Source: Longimicrobiales bacterium
GTDB lineage: Bacteria; Gemmatimonadota; Gemmatimonadetes; Longimicrobiales; RSA9
Length of the DNA: 64,000 nucleotides
NCBI GenBank assembly: GCA_035461105.1
Contig: DATHVV010000063.1
Location: 46,446 to 110,445 of the forward strand
Direction: 5' to 3'
Each line of letters starts with the position of its first letter. Positions within the stretch are counted from its first letter, which is position 1. A program made the translations under genes and the position numbers. Below, piece by piece: positions 39,648-47,436 of this stretch. The notes under the pieces were generated by a model. That model was not told where the DNA came from. It made no database searches and saw only the letters and a list, made by a program, of their open reading frames with translations.

Positions 39648-40814
39648 ATGAGTTTCCACGACCGCGTCCGCTTCCCGCGCGGCTTCCGCTGCGCCGCTCG
39701 CAACTGCGGACTGAAGGCGGAGGGTCCCGACCTTTCGCTGTTCGTGTCCGACGTCGACGCGGCGGCCGCCGCCGTCTTCACGCGCAACCGGTTCCCCGGC
39801 GCCCCCGTGATCCTCGGGCGCGAGACGATCGCCGGCGGCGTGCTTCGCGCAGTGGTCGTGAACAGCAGGGTGAGCAACGTCGCCACGGGCGAGGTCGGCG
39901 TGGCCCGGGCGCGGCGCATGGCGGCCGCGGCGGCGCACGAGGCCGGCACCACGCCGGAGCGGGTCCTGGTCAGCTCCACGGGCGTGATCGGCGTGGCGCT
40001 CCCGATCGAGAAGATCGAGGCCGGCCTGTCCGGCATGGGCCGGGCGCTCGGCGACGACCCGCTGGTCGGCGCGACGGGCATGATGACCACCGACTCGTTC
40101 CCGAAGGCGCTCTCGCTCGACGCCGGCACCGCCACGATCACGCTCGTGGGCAAGGGTGCGGGCATGATCGAGCCGAACCTGGCGACGATGCTCGTCTACA
40201 TCTTCACCGACGCGGCGTTCGCGGCGGCCGAGCTCGATGCCATGCTGCGCGCGGCCGTGCACGGCTCGTTCAACATGCTCTCCATCGATACCGACACGAG
40301 CACCTCGGACACGGTCGCGCTGCTCGCGAACGGCCGGGCCGGACCGGTCGCCCGCGACGTCTTCGAGCCGGCGCTGCGGGCGGGCTGCGTGCGCATGACG
40401 GAGCTGATCGCGCGCGATGGCGAGGGTGCCAGCAAGCTGCTGCGCGTGCACGTGCGCGGCGCGGCCTCGGAGGCGGACGCGCGCACCGTCGCGAAGTCGC
40501 TGGTCAACTCGCCGCTGATCAAGACCATGGTGTATGGCGCGGATCCCAACGTAGGCCGCATCCTGATGGCGATCGGCAAATGCTTCGATGCCGCGATCGT
40601 ACCGGCAGCGACGCACGCATCCATCGGCGGCATCCAGGTGGTCGCCGGCGGCGCGCGGGCCGAGTTCGACGAGGCCCGCGTGCGGCACGTGCTCGGCTGC
40701 GACCCTGTCGACCTGGAGGTGGACCTCGGTACCGGCGCGGCCGCGGTGACTGCCTGGGGCTGCGATCTCACGGAAGGCTACATCCGCGAGAACGCAGCGT
40801 ACTATTCCAGTTGA
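39648..40814 (+). CDS. argJ: bifunctional glutamate N-acetyltransferase / amino-acid acetyltransferase
   Basis: ORF trimmed to [13 protein letters not shown] (ATG at 39648). Autoproteolytic site [17 protein letters not shown] and C-terminal ENAAYYSS are typical of ArgJ. Confidence 0.9.
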   Translation: MSFHDRVRFPRGFRCAARNCGLKAEGPDLSLFVSDVDAAAAAVFTRNRFPGAPVILGRETIAGGVLRAVVVNSRVSNVATGEVGVARARRMAAAAAHEAGTTPERVLVSSTGVIGVALPIEKIEAGLSGMGRALGDDPLVGATGMMTTDSFPKALSLDAGTATITLVGKGAGMIEPNLATMLVYIFTDAAFAAAELDAMLRAAVHGSFNMLSIDTDTSTSDTVALLANGRAGPVARDVFEPALRAGCVRMTELIARDGEGASKLLRVHVRGAASEADARTVAKSLVNSPLIKTMVYGADPNVGRILMAIGKCFDAAIVPAATHASIGGIQVVAGGARAEFDEARVRHVLGCDPVDLEVDLGTGAAAVTAWGCDLTEGYIRENAAYYSS

Positions 40815-40918
40815 TAGGGATAGGGATAGGCGGGCTCAGGGGGGTTTAGGGGTCGAGGCTCTCCCGCTCCGCGTCCTGGTCCCTATCCTATCCCTATCCC
40901 TATCCCTGTCCCTGTCTC
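40813..40918. repeat. inverted repeat with 6-nt periodicity: GATAGGGATAGGGATAGG (40813..40830) and CCTATCCCTATCCCTATC (40887..40904), perfect 18-bp arms, 56-nt G-rich spacer, plus extra TGTCCC units
   Basis: Read directly and base-checked. It starts inside the argJ stop codon and ends 2 nt before the next ATG. Confidence 0.85.
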
Positions 40919-40920
40919 CG

Positions 40921-42663
40921 ATGTTCAGAATCCGGCGGATCTTCGACGATACTGCGCCGCACGATGCGGCGGCACTCGCGCAGGTGCAGCAGATCCTGCG
41001 CGAGCAGTTTCCGGACGTGCCCGAGTCGAAGGTACGGCGCGTGCCGGCGTCCCTGCGCGACCCGATGACGCTCCGTTTCCGCAGCATCCTGTTCGTCGCC
41101 GAGCAGCGCGGGCGGGTGATCGGGTTCGCGCTGCTGCTGCACGCGCCCGACCTGGATTTCTGCTTCCTGGACTACATCGCGACGGTGAAGGCGGGGAGTG
41201 GTCGGGGCGTGGGCGGCGCGCTCTACGAGCGGGCGCGGGATGAAGCGGTCGGGCTCGGCGCGGTCGGCATCTTCCTCGAGGCGCTGCCCGACGACCCGCA
41301 GCTCTGCCCGGGCCCGGACCGGTTGCGCCAGAACGCGGCGCGGCTCCGCTTCTACGAGCGGTACGGCGCGTTCCCGATCGCGAACACCGCCTACGAGACC
41401 CCGGTCGGGCCGGGGGAGGAGTGTCCGCCCTACCTGGTGTTCGATGACGTGGGCAGCGAGCGACCGCTGTCGCGCCGGCGCGCCCGGGAGATCGTGCGCG
41501 CCATCCTGGAGCGGGTCTACCCGCAGCTCTGCCCGCCCGCCTACGTGCAGCTGGTCATGGACTCGTTCCGTGACGATCCGGTGCAGCTGCGCGCACCCCG
41601 TTACCTCAAGCCGGACGCGGGCGGGGTCGCGCCGGCGGAGCCGGGCCGGCGGATCGCGCTGGTTCAGACCGAGCAGCATCGGCTGCACCACGTACGCGAG
41701 CGCGGTTACGTCGAGGCGCCGGTGCGCATCGAGGCGCTGCTGCGCGAGCTGCGCCGGCTGCCGCTTTTCGACGACGTCCCGGTGCGCCGCTTTCCGGACA
41801 GCCACATCCTGGCGGTGCACGACCGCGATTTCGTGGAGTACCTGCGCCGGGTCTGCAACGGACTGGGCGAGAACGAGGTGGTGTACCCGTACGTCTTCCC
41901 GATCCGCAACGCGACGCGGCCGCCGCGCGACCTGGCCGTGCGCGCCGGCTACTACTGCATCGATACGTTCACGCCGCTCAGCCGCAACGCCTGGATCGCG
42001 GCGCGACACGCCGTCGACTGCGCGCTCACCGCCGCCCAGAAGCTGCTCGAGGCGTATCCGCTGGCCTATGCGCTGGTGCGCCCGCCCGGCCACCACGCCG
42101 AGGTGCGCGCCTTCGGCGGCTTCTGCTACTTCGGCACCGCGGCCATCGCGGCACACTACCTGAGCCAGGCCGGGCGCGTCGCGATCCTCGACATCGACTA
42201 CCACCACGGGAACAGCCAGCAGAGCATCTTCTGGCGGCGCGCCGACGTGCTCACCGTGAGCATCCACGGCCATCCGTCCTTCGCCTATCCGTACTTCACC
42301 GGGTTCGAGGAGGAGCGCGGCGAGGCGGAGGGCGCAGGCTTCAACCTGAACATCGCGCTGCCGGAGCAGGTGGAGGGCGCCGCGTACCGCCGGGCGCTGC
42401 AGCGCGCCCTCGCCGAGGTGCGCCGCTTCGCGCCGGAGTACCTGGTGGTGGCGCTCGGCCTGGACACCGCGCGCGGCGACCCGACCGGCAGCTGGTCGCT
42501 CAACGCCGAGGACTTCGCGCGCAACGGCGAGCTGATCGGCGCCCTGCGCGTGCCCACTCTGGTCGTGCAGGAGGGCGGCTACCGGACCCGCTCCATCGGT
42601 GTCAACGCGCGCCACTTCTTCGACGGGCTGTGGCGCGGCAAGTACCCGGCGGCGAAACGCTGA
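40921..42663 (+). CDS. GNAT acetyltransferase - HDAC/acetylpolyamine-amidohydrolase-family deacetylase fusion protein
   Basis: N-terminal ~190 aa carries GNAT motif A (ATVKAGSGRGVGGALYERARDEA). The C-terminal ~330 aa carries RPPGHHA, DIDYHHGN, GLDTARGDP and QEGGY. There is no SD-like sequence upstream. Confidence 0.85.
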   Translation: MFRIRRIFDDTAPHDAAALAQVQQILREQFPDVPESKVRRVPASLRDPMTLRFRSILFVAEQRGRVIGFALLLHAPDLDFCFLDYIATVKAGSGRGVGGALYERARDEAVGLGAVGIFLEALPDDPQLCPGPDRLRQNAARLRFYERYGAFPIANTAYETPVGPGEECPPYLVFDDVGSERPLSRRRAREIVRAILERVYPQLCPPAYVQLVMDSFRDDPVQLRAPRYLKPDAGGVAPAEPGRRIALVQTEQHRLHHVRERGYVEAPVRIEALLRELRRLPLFDDVPVRRFPDSHILAVHDRDFVEYLRRVCNGLGENEVVYPYVFPIRNATRPPRDLAVRAGYYCIDTFTPLSRNAWIAARHAVDCALTAAQKLLEAYPLAYALVRPPGHHAEVRAFGGFCYFGTAAIAAHYLSQAGRVAILDIDYHHGNSQQSIFWRRADVLTVSIHGHPSFAYPYFTGFEEERGEAEGAGFNLNIALPEQVEGAAYRRALQRALAEVRRFAPEYLVVALGLDTARGDPTGSWSLNAEDFARNGELIGALRVPTLVVQEGGYRTRSIGVNARHFFDGLWRGKYPAAKR

Positions 42664-42777
42664 GAATGAAATCCGGTCCCGCGCATGCCGTCGCCCTTCG
42701 CGCACGCCAGGGGGTAGGCATCGCTTGCGGTGGCCGGCAACTTGCTCAGGCAGCGCGTACGCAAAGGAGGGTGAGCG

Positions 42778-43077
42778 ATGCCGGAGGCGTGGGAGCTTTA
42801 TTACGATGAGGTCTACCGGCGCGCCGCGCGCGTGGCCGATCAGCGCTTCGATCGCGGCCGCGCGTTCGCGGAGGCGGCGCACGAGGCGTACCGCACCGTC
42901 GCCAACCGCCTCTCGAACGAGGCGGAGTGGAGCGACGACCACACGCTCCACGTCATGCACGGACTGAACGCCGCGATGAAGCAGTGGATCGACTGCGGCG
43001 AGTGCTCGTGGGACGACCTGCGTGCGCGGCTTCGGAAAGCCTGGGGCCAGGCCACCGAGAGCCGCCCCACGGCCTAG
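42778..43077 (+). CDS. hypothetical protein (99 aa)
   Basis: A strong SD (AAAGGAGGG) precedes the ATG. Helical-looking sequence with a CGEC pair. No family recognised. Confidence 0.55.
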   Translation: MPEAWELYYDEVYRRAARVADQRFDRGRAFAEAAHEAYRTVANRLSNEAEWSDDHTLHVMHGLNAAMKQWIDCGECSWDDLRARLRKAWGQATESRPTA

Positions 43078-43274
43078 CCCATTCCCCAGGTTCCCGGGTC
43101 CTGACGGCGCGGGCAGCCGGAGCCCTGACGGCGCGGCCTGCCGGCGCGGGCGACGCGCCATCGCGGGGTCCGGCAGGAAGTTGGCGATGCCGGGGGGCGC
43201 CGGGCGCGGCTGCGTTCCAGGGCCCGGGCCGTCCGCCCCATCGTGACCCTCCCGGGCGGTCCAGAAAAGGGTTA

Positions 43275-43295
43275 GATTGCATGGTTGATGCAATC
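43275..43295. promoter_or_regulatory. perfect 8-bp palindrome GATTGCAT-N5-ATGCAATC in an AT-richer patch of the helicase leader
   Basis: Read directly. It lies in a 374-bp spacer upstream of the DEAD-box helicase. Confidence 0.35.
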
Positions 43296-43451
43296 CACGA
43301 GGCCGGCTTCGCCCTCCTGGCGGACCCGGTCTTTTTGCGAGAGTGCGTCGAGCATGCGTCCCGGTAAGGCACCGGGAATCGTCCGGTCGGACCGACCGGG
43401 GGCGGCGGGGAAGGACCCCAACGCCAGTACAGCTGGAAGAGAGGACAGATT

Positions 43452-44696
43452 TTGACGTTCGAGGAACTGGTACCGTCCGGGCCGCTGCGGCGTGCGATCG
43501 CGGAGCAGGGCTGGACGACGCCGACGCCGATTCAGCAGAAGGCGATTCCGGCGGCGCGCGCGGGACGGGATGTGGTGGGGATCGCACAGACGGGTACGGG
43601 CAAGACGGCGGGGTTCCTGATCCCGTCGGTGGAGAAGCAGCTGGACAGGGACGGGCTGCACACGCTGGTGCTGTGTCCGACGCGTGAGCTGGCCGACCAG
43701 GTGGCGGCCGACGCGCGCACGCTGCTCCGGCACACCGACTTGTGGGTGGGCACGATCGTTGGCGGGGTGCCGATGGGTCCGCAGGTGCGCGATCTGCGCG
43801 CGGGCTTCGACGTGCTGGTGGCGACGCCCGGTCGCCTGCTCGATCACCTCGAGCGCGGCAACGTGAAGCTGAACGAAATCCAGACGCTGGTGCTCGACGA
43901 GGCCGATCGCATGCTGGACATGGGATTCCGGCCGCAGATCGACGCGATCCTGGCGCAGCTCCCGAAGGTGCGGCAGACCATGCTGTTCTCGGCGACCATG
44001 CCGAACGGCGTGCATGCCATGGCGTTGCGCATCATGAACGATCCGGTCTGGGTCGAAGCGGCGCCGCAGTCGACGGTGGCGGACCGCGTCGAGCAGAAGG
44101 TGTACTCGGTGCGGGCCGAGCGTAAGCCGGCCCTGCTGCTGGAGCTGCTGAAGGAGACGCACTGGGAGCAGGTGCTCGTGTTCACGGCCACGAAGGTGGG
44201 TGCGGACGCACTGCTCTCGCGCCTCGCGAGGGCCGGGATCCGGGCCGAGGTGATGCACGGCGACCGTGACATGAAGCAGCGTCGCAAGGCGCTCGAGCTG
44301 TTCACGGATGGCAAGGTACAGGTGCTGGTCGCGACGGACGTGGCGCAGCGCGGCCTCGACATCGAGGGCATCAGCCACGTCGTCAATTACAACGTGCCGC
44401 GCCAGCCCGAGGATTACGTGCACCGCATCGGGCGGACGGCGCGCGCGGGCGCGTCGGGCTCGGCGGTGACGTTCATGTCGGGCGGCGAGCTGGCGGCGAT
44501 GAAGGACATCGAGCGGCTGCTCGGCTACCGCGTGGAACGCGTGTCGCTGGCCGATTACGACTACGAGGGCTCGACGGTCGATGAGCAGCCGGTACGCCCG
44601 GTCGCAAAGGCGAACCGCAGCGGCAGCCGGATCGGCACGCGCAGCGCGAAGGAGCTCTCTCCCGAACAGCTGCGGGAGCTGCTTAAAGTCGGGTGA
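43452..44696 (+). CDS. DEAD-box ATP-dependent RNA helicase (RhlE-like)
   Basis: TTG start. Q-motif TPIQ, AQTGTGKT, PTRELA, DEAD, SAT, HRIGRTARAG. Confidence 0.9.
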   Translation: MTFEELVPSGPLRRAIAEQGWTTPTPIQQKAIPAARAGRDVVGIAQTGTGKTAGFLIPSVEKQLDRDGLHTLVLCPTRELADQVAADARTLLRHTDLWVGTIVGGVPMGPQVRDLRAGFDVLVATPGRLLDHLERGNVKLNEIQTLVLDEADRMLDMGFRPQIDAILAQLPKVRQTMLFSATMPNGVHAMALRIMNDPVWVEAAPQSTVADRVEQKVYSVRAERKPALLLELLKETHWEQVLVFTATKVGADALLSRLARAGIRAEVMHGDRDMKQRRKALELFTDGKVQVLVATDVAQRGLDIEGISHVVNYNVPRQPEDYVHRIGRTARAGASGSAVTFMSGGELAAMKDIERLLGYRVERVSLADYDYEGSTVDEQPVRPVAKANRSGSRIGTRSAKELSPEQLRELLKVG

Positions 44697-44721
44697 GTCC
44701 GGTCGGTGAGCGGTGATTGTG

Positions 44722-44754
44722 AACGGGGCGGCCTCCAGCGAGGCGCCCCGTTTT
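44722..44754 (+). terminator. rho-independent terminator after the helicase gene
   Basis: AACGGGGCG, a 13-nt loop, CGCCCCGTT, then TTTTG. Confidence 0.7.
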
Positions 44755-44849
44755 GCCGTGCCGGCGGGTTTTGCGCCAGCGGCACCTTTCGCGACGCTAC
44801 CGCGAACGGCATCCTGCGGGACCGTTCACTGCATAGCAGAGAGGTGACG

Positions 44850-46682
44850 ATGAGGCGCGTGCTGGTGATGGTGGTGGCGGCCGGCAGCCTGGCGGCGAGC
44901 GAGGGCGCGGCGCAGCGGCCCGTGGTCGAGAAGCTGGAGCCGCCGAACTGGTGGGCGGGTCACACGATCAACCCGGTGCGCGTGTTGATCAGGGGCCGGC
45001 ACCTGGCGGGGGCGCGGCTCGAGTGCCCGCGCCTGGCCTGCTCGAACGTGGTCGTGAACGCCGCCGGCACCTACGTGTTCGCGGACGTGGCCATCCCGGA
45101 GGGCCTCGCGCCGGGGAGCTACCCGCTGTCACTGCGTACCGCGCGCGGCGCGGCGCGGGTGCCGTTCTCGGTCACGGCGCCCCTGCCGCAGGAAGGCCGG
45201 TTCCAGGGGTTCGGCCCGGACGACGTCCTCTACCTGCTGATGCCGGACCGATTCGCGAACGGGGATCCCACCAACGATGACCCGTCCGTCTCCCGTGGGA
45301 TCCTGGACCGGAGCCGGGGGCGGCGCTATCACGGCGGCGACCTGGCGGGCGTGCGCGCGCGGCTGCCGTACCTGAAGTCGCTGGGCATCACCGCGATCTG
45401 GATGAACCCGATCTACGACAACACGAACCATCTCGACCGCAAGGAAGTCTATGACGGTGAGCCGACCACGGCGTACCACGGCTATCATGCCATCGACTAC
45501 TACGCGGTAGACGAACATCTCGGCGACCTGGCGGAGCTGCGGAGGTTGGTGGACGAGGCGCACGGGCACGGCATCAAGATCATCCTCGACATGGTCGCGA
45601 ACCACACCAGTCCGTATCACCCCTGGGTCGCGGACTCGCCCACGCCCACCTGGTTCAACGGCACCGAGCCGCAGCACCTCTCCAACACGTGGCAGGTGTG
45701 GAGCCTCGCCGACCCCTACTCGACCCCGGCGATCCGCACGCCGGTGCTGGACGGCTGGTTCATCGACCTGCTGCCCGACCTGAACCAGGACGATCCCGAG
45801 GTCGCGCGCTACCTGGTCCAGAACACGCTCTGGTGGACGGGCATGACCGGCATCGACGGGATCCGCCAGGACACCTGGCCATACGTGCCGCGTACGTTCT
45901 GGCGCGACTGGATGGCGGCGATCAAGCGCGAGCACCCGACCCTGCGCGTGGTCGGCGAGGTCTTCGACGGCGACCCGTCGGTGCTGTCGTTCTTCGAGGG
46001 CGGGCGCGTCAAGTTCGATGGCATCGACGACGGCGTCGACGCGCTCTTCGACTTCCCCCTCTTCTTTCCGTTGCGACGCGCGTTCGCGGCCGGCGGGCCG
46101 GTGCGCGAGCTGGCGCAGATGCTCGGCCGCGACCACCTCTACCACGATCCGGCGTCGCTGGTCACGTTCCTGGGCCTGCACGATGTCGCGCGCTTCATGG
46201 GCGAGACGGGCGCCACCACTTCGGGACTCAAGCTCGCCTACACGTTCCTGCTGACCGCGCGCGGCACGCCGCTCATCTACTACGGCGACGAGATCGCCCT
46301 GCCCGGGGGCAACGATCCCGACAACCGGCGCGACTTCCCGGGCGGCTGGCCGGGCGATGCGCGCAACGCCTTCGAGCCGGCGGGCCGCACTCCCGCCGAG
46401 CAGGACGTGTTCGAGCACGTGCGCGCCCTGCTGCGCCTCCGCGCCGGGCGCGAGGAGCTCCGGCACGGCCGGATGGAGCACCTGCACGTGAGCGACCAGG
46501 TCTACGTTTACCGCCGCGGCGGGAGCCTGGTGGCGCTCAACAACGGCGTGGAGGCAGCGGAGGTGCCGCTGCCGGGCATCGACGTCGGCAGCGCCGCGGT
46601 GCTCGGCCCGTGCCTCGCGCCGCGTCGCGACGCGCAGGCGGCGGTGATCACGCTCCCGGCGCGCACGGGCTGCGTGTACTAG
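44850..46682 (+). CDS. secreted GH13 alpha-amylase-family enzyme with cyclomaltodextrinase-type N-domain
   Basis: ORF trimmed to MRRVLVMVVAAGSLAA (ATG at 44850). Blocks: PPNWWAGH, DRFANGDP, GGDLAG, ILDMVANHT, GIRQDT, EVF, FLGLHD. Confidence 0.85.
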   Translation: MRRVLVMVVAAGSLAASEGAAQRPVVEKLEPPNWWAGHTINPVRVLIRGRHLAGARLECPRLACSNVVVNAAGTYVFADVAIPEGLAPGSYPLSLRTARGAARVPFSVTAPLPQEGRFQGFGPDDVLYLLMPDRFANGDPTNDDPSVSRGILDRSRGRRYHGGDLAGVRARLPYLKSLGITAIWMNPIYDNTNHLDRKEVYDGEPTTAYHGYHAIDYYAVDEHLGDLAELRRLVDEAHGHGIKIILDMVANHTSPYHPWVADSPTPTWFNGTEPQHLSNTWQVWSLADPYSTPAIRTPVLDGWFIDLLPDLNQDDPEVARYLVQNTLWWTGMTGIDGIRQDTWPYVPRTFWRDWMAAIKREHPTLRVVGEVFDGDPSVLSFFEGGRVKFDGIDDGVDALFDFPLFFPLRRAFAAGGPVRELAQMLGRDHLYHDPASLVTFLGLHDVARFMGETGATTSGLKLAYTFLLTARGTPLIYYGDEIALPGGNDPDNRRDFPGGWPGDARNAFEPAGRTPAEQDVFEHVRALLRLRAGREELRHGRMEHLHVSDQVYVYRRGGSLVALNNGVEAAEVPLPGIDVGSAAVLGPCLAPRRDAQAAVITLPARTGCVY

Positions 46683-46701
46683 GGGCGAGGTCGAGGGCGA
46701 G

Positions 46702-47427
46702 GTGAGGCGACGAGGTCGTATCGGTCTGCTGATCTGCCTGCTGCTGGCATGCGGTGGGCTGTGGGGGTGCCGGTCCGGGCCCGACGTCGAGCCGCTGCCG
46801 GAGCAGGCGCGCGAGGCGGTGGTGCTGGTGCACGGCATGGGGCGGACGCCGCTTTCGATGGCGGCGCTCGAGCACGACTTCGAGGCGGCCGGCTACCGGG
46901 TGCTCAACTGGGGCTACTCGAGCTGGTGCTGCACGGTGGCAGAGCTCGCCGGGCGGCTGCGGGCCGACCTGGACACGTGGCGTGGCGACGCGGACCGGAT
47001 CCACTTCGTGGGCCACAGCCTGGGCAACATCATCGTGCGCCAGCTGCTCGCCGAAGACAACGAGCTCCCGGCCGGCCGGGTGGTCATGCTGGCGCCCCCG
47101 AACCAGGGCTCGGCGGACGCCGATCGCTACACGCGCTGGCTGGGCAACCTGCTCAAGCCTCTTCCCGAGCTGCGCACCGATTCGACGGGCAGCGTACGCC
47201 GGATTCCGCTGCGGTCCGATATCGAGGTCGGAATCATCGCCGGCGATCGTGACGGCAAGGTCACGGTCGCGGAAACGCGCCTGGAGGGCGCCCGCGCGCA
47301 CGTCGTCGTGCCTGCCGCGCACAGCTTCATCATGCTGAGACAGGACGTGCGCACGCTGGTGCTCGGCTTCGTGCGCGCGGGTCGGTTTGCGCCGGAGCCG
47401 CCGGGCGCCCGGAGGCGCGGCGACTGA
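46702..47427 (+). CDS. alpha/beta-hydrolase (lipase/esterase-like) lipoprotein
   Basis: GTG start. Lipobox-like LLLACGGLWGC. Nucleophile elbow GHSLG. LVHGMG oxyanion region. Confidence 0.7.
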   Translation: MRRRGRIGLLICLLLACGGLWGCRSGPDVEPLPEQAREAVVLVHGMGRTPLSMAALEHDFEAAGYRVLNWGYSSWCCTVAELAGRLRADLDTWRGDADRIHFVGHSLGNIIVRQLLAEDNELPAGRVVMLAPPNQGSADADRYTRWLGNLLKPLPELRTDSTGSVRRIPLRSDIEVGIIAGDRDGKVTVAETRLEGARAHVVVPAAHSFIMLRQDVRTLVLGFVRAGRFAPEPPGARRRGD

Positions 47428-47436
47428 CGCTGCTCC

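Noticed and set aside
40900-43587. 895-aa minus-strand ORF covering the GNAT-HDAC gene, the 99-aa ORF and the helicase leader
   Set aside because: It has no motifs and an extreme Arg/Ala/Pro/Gly bias, and it runs straight through intergenic repeats. The plus-strand genes are well supported.
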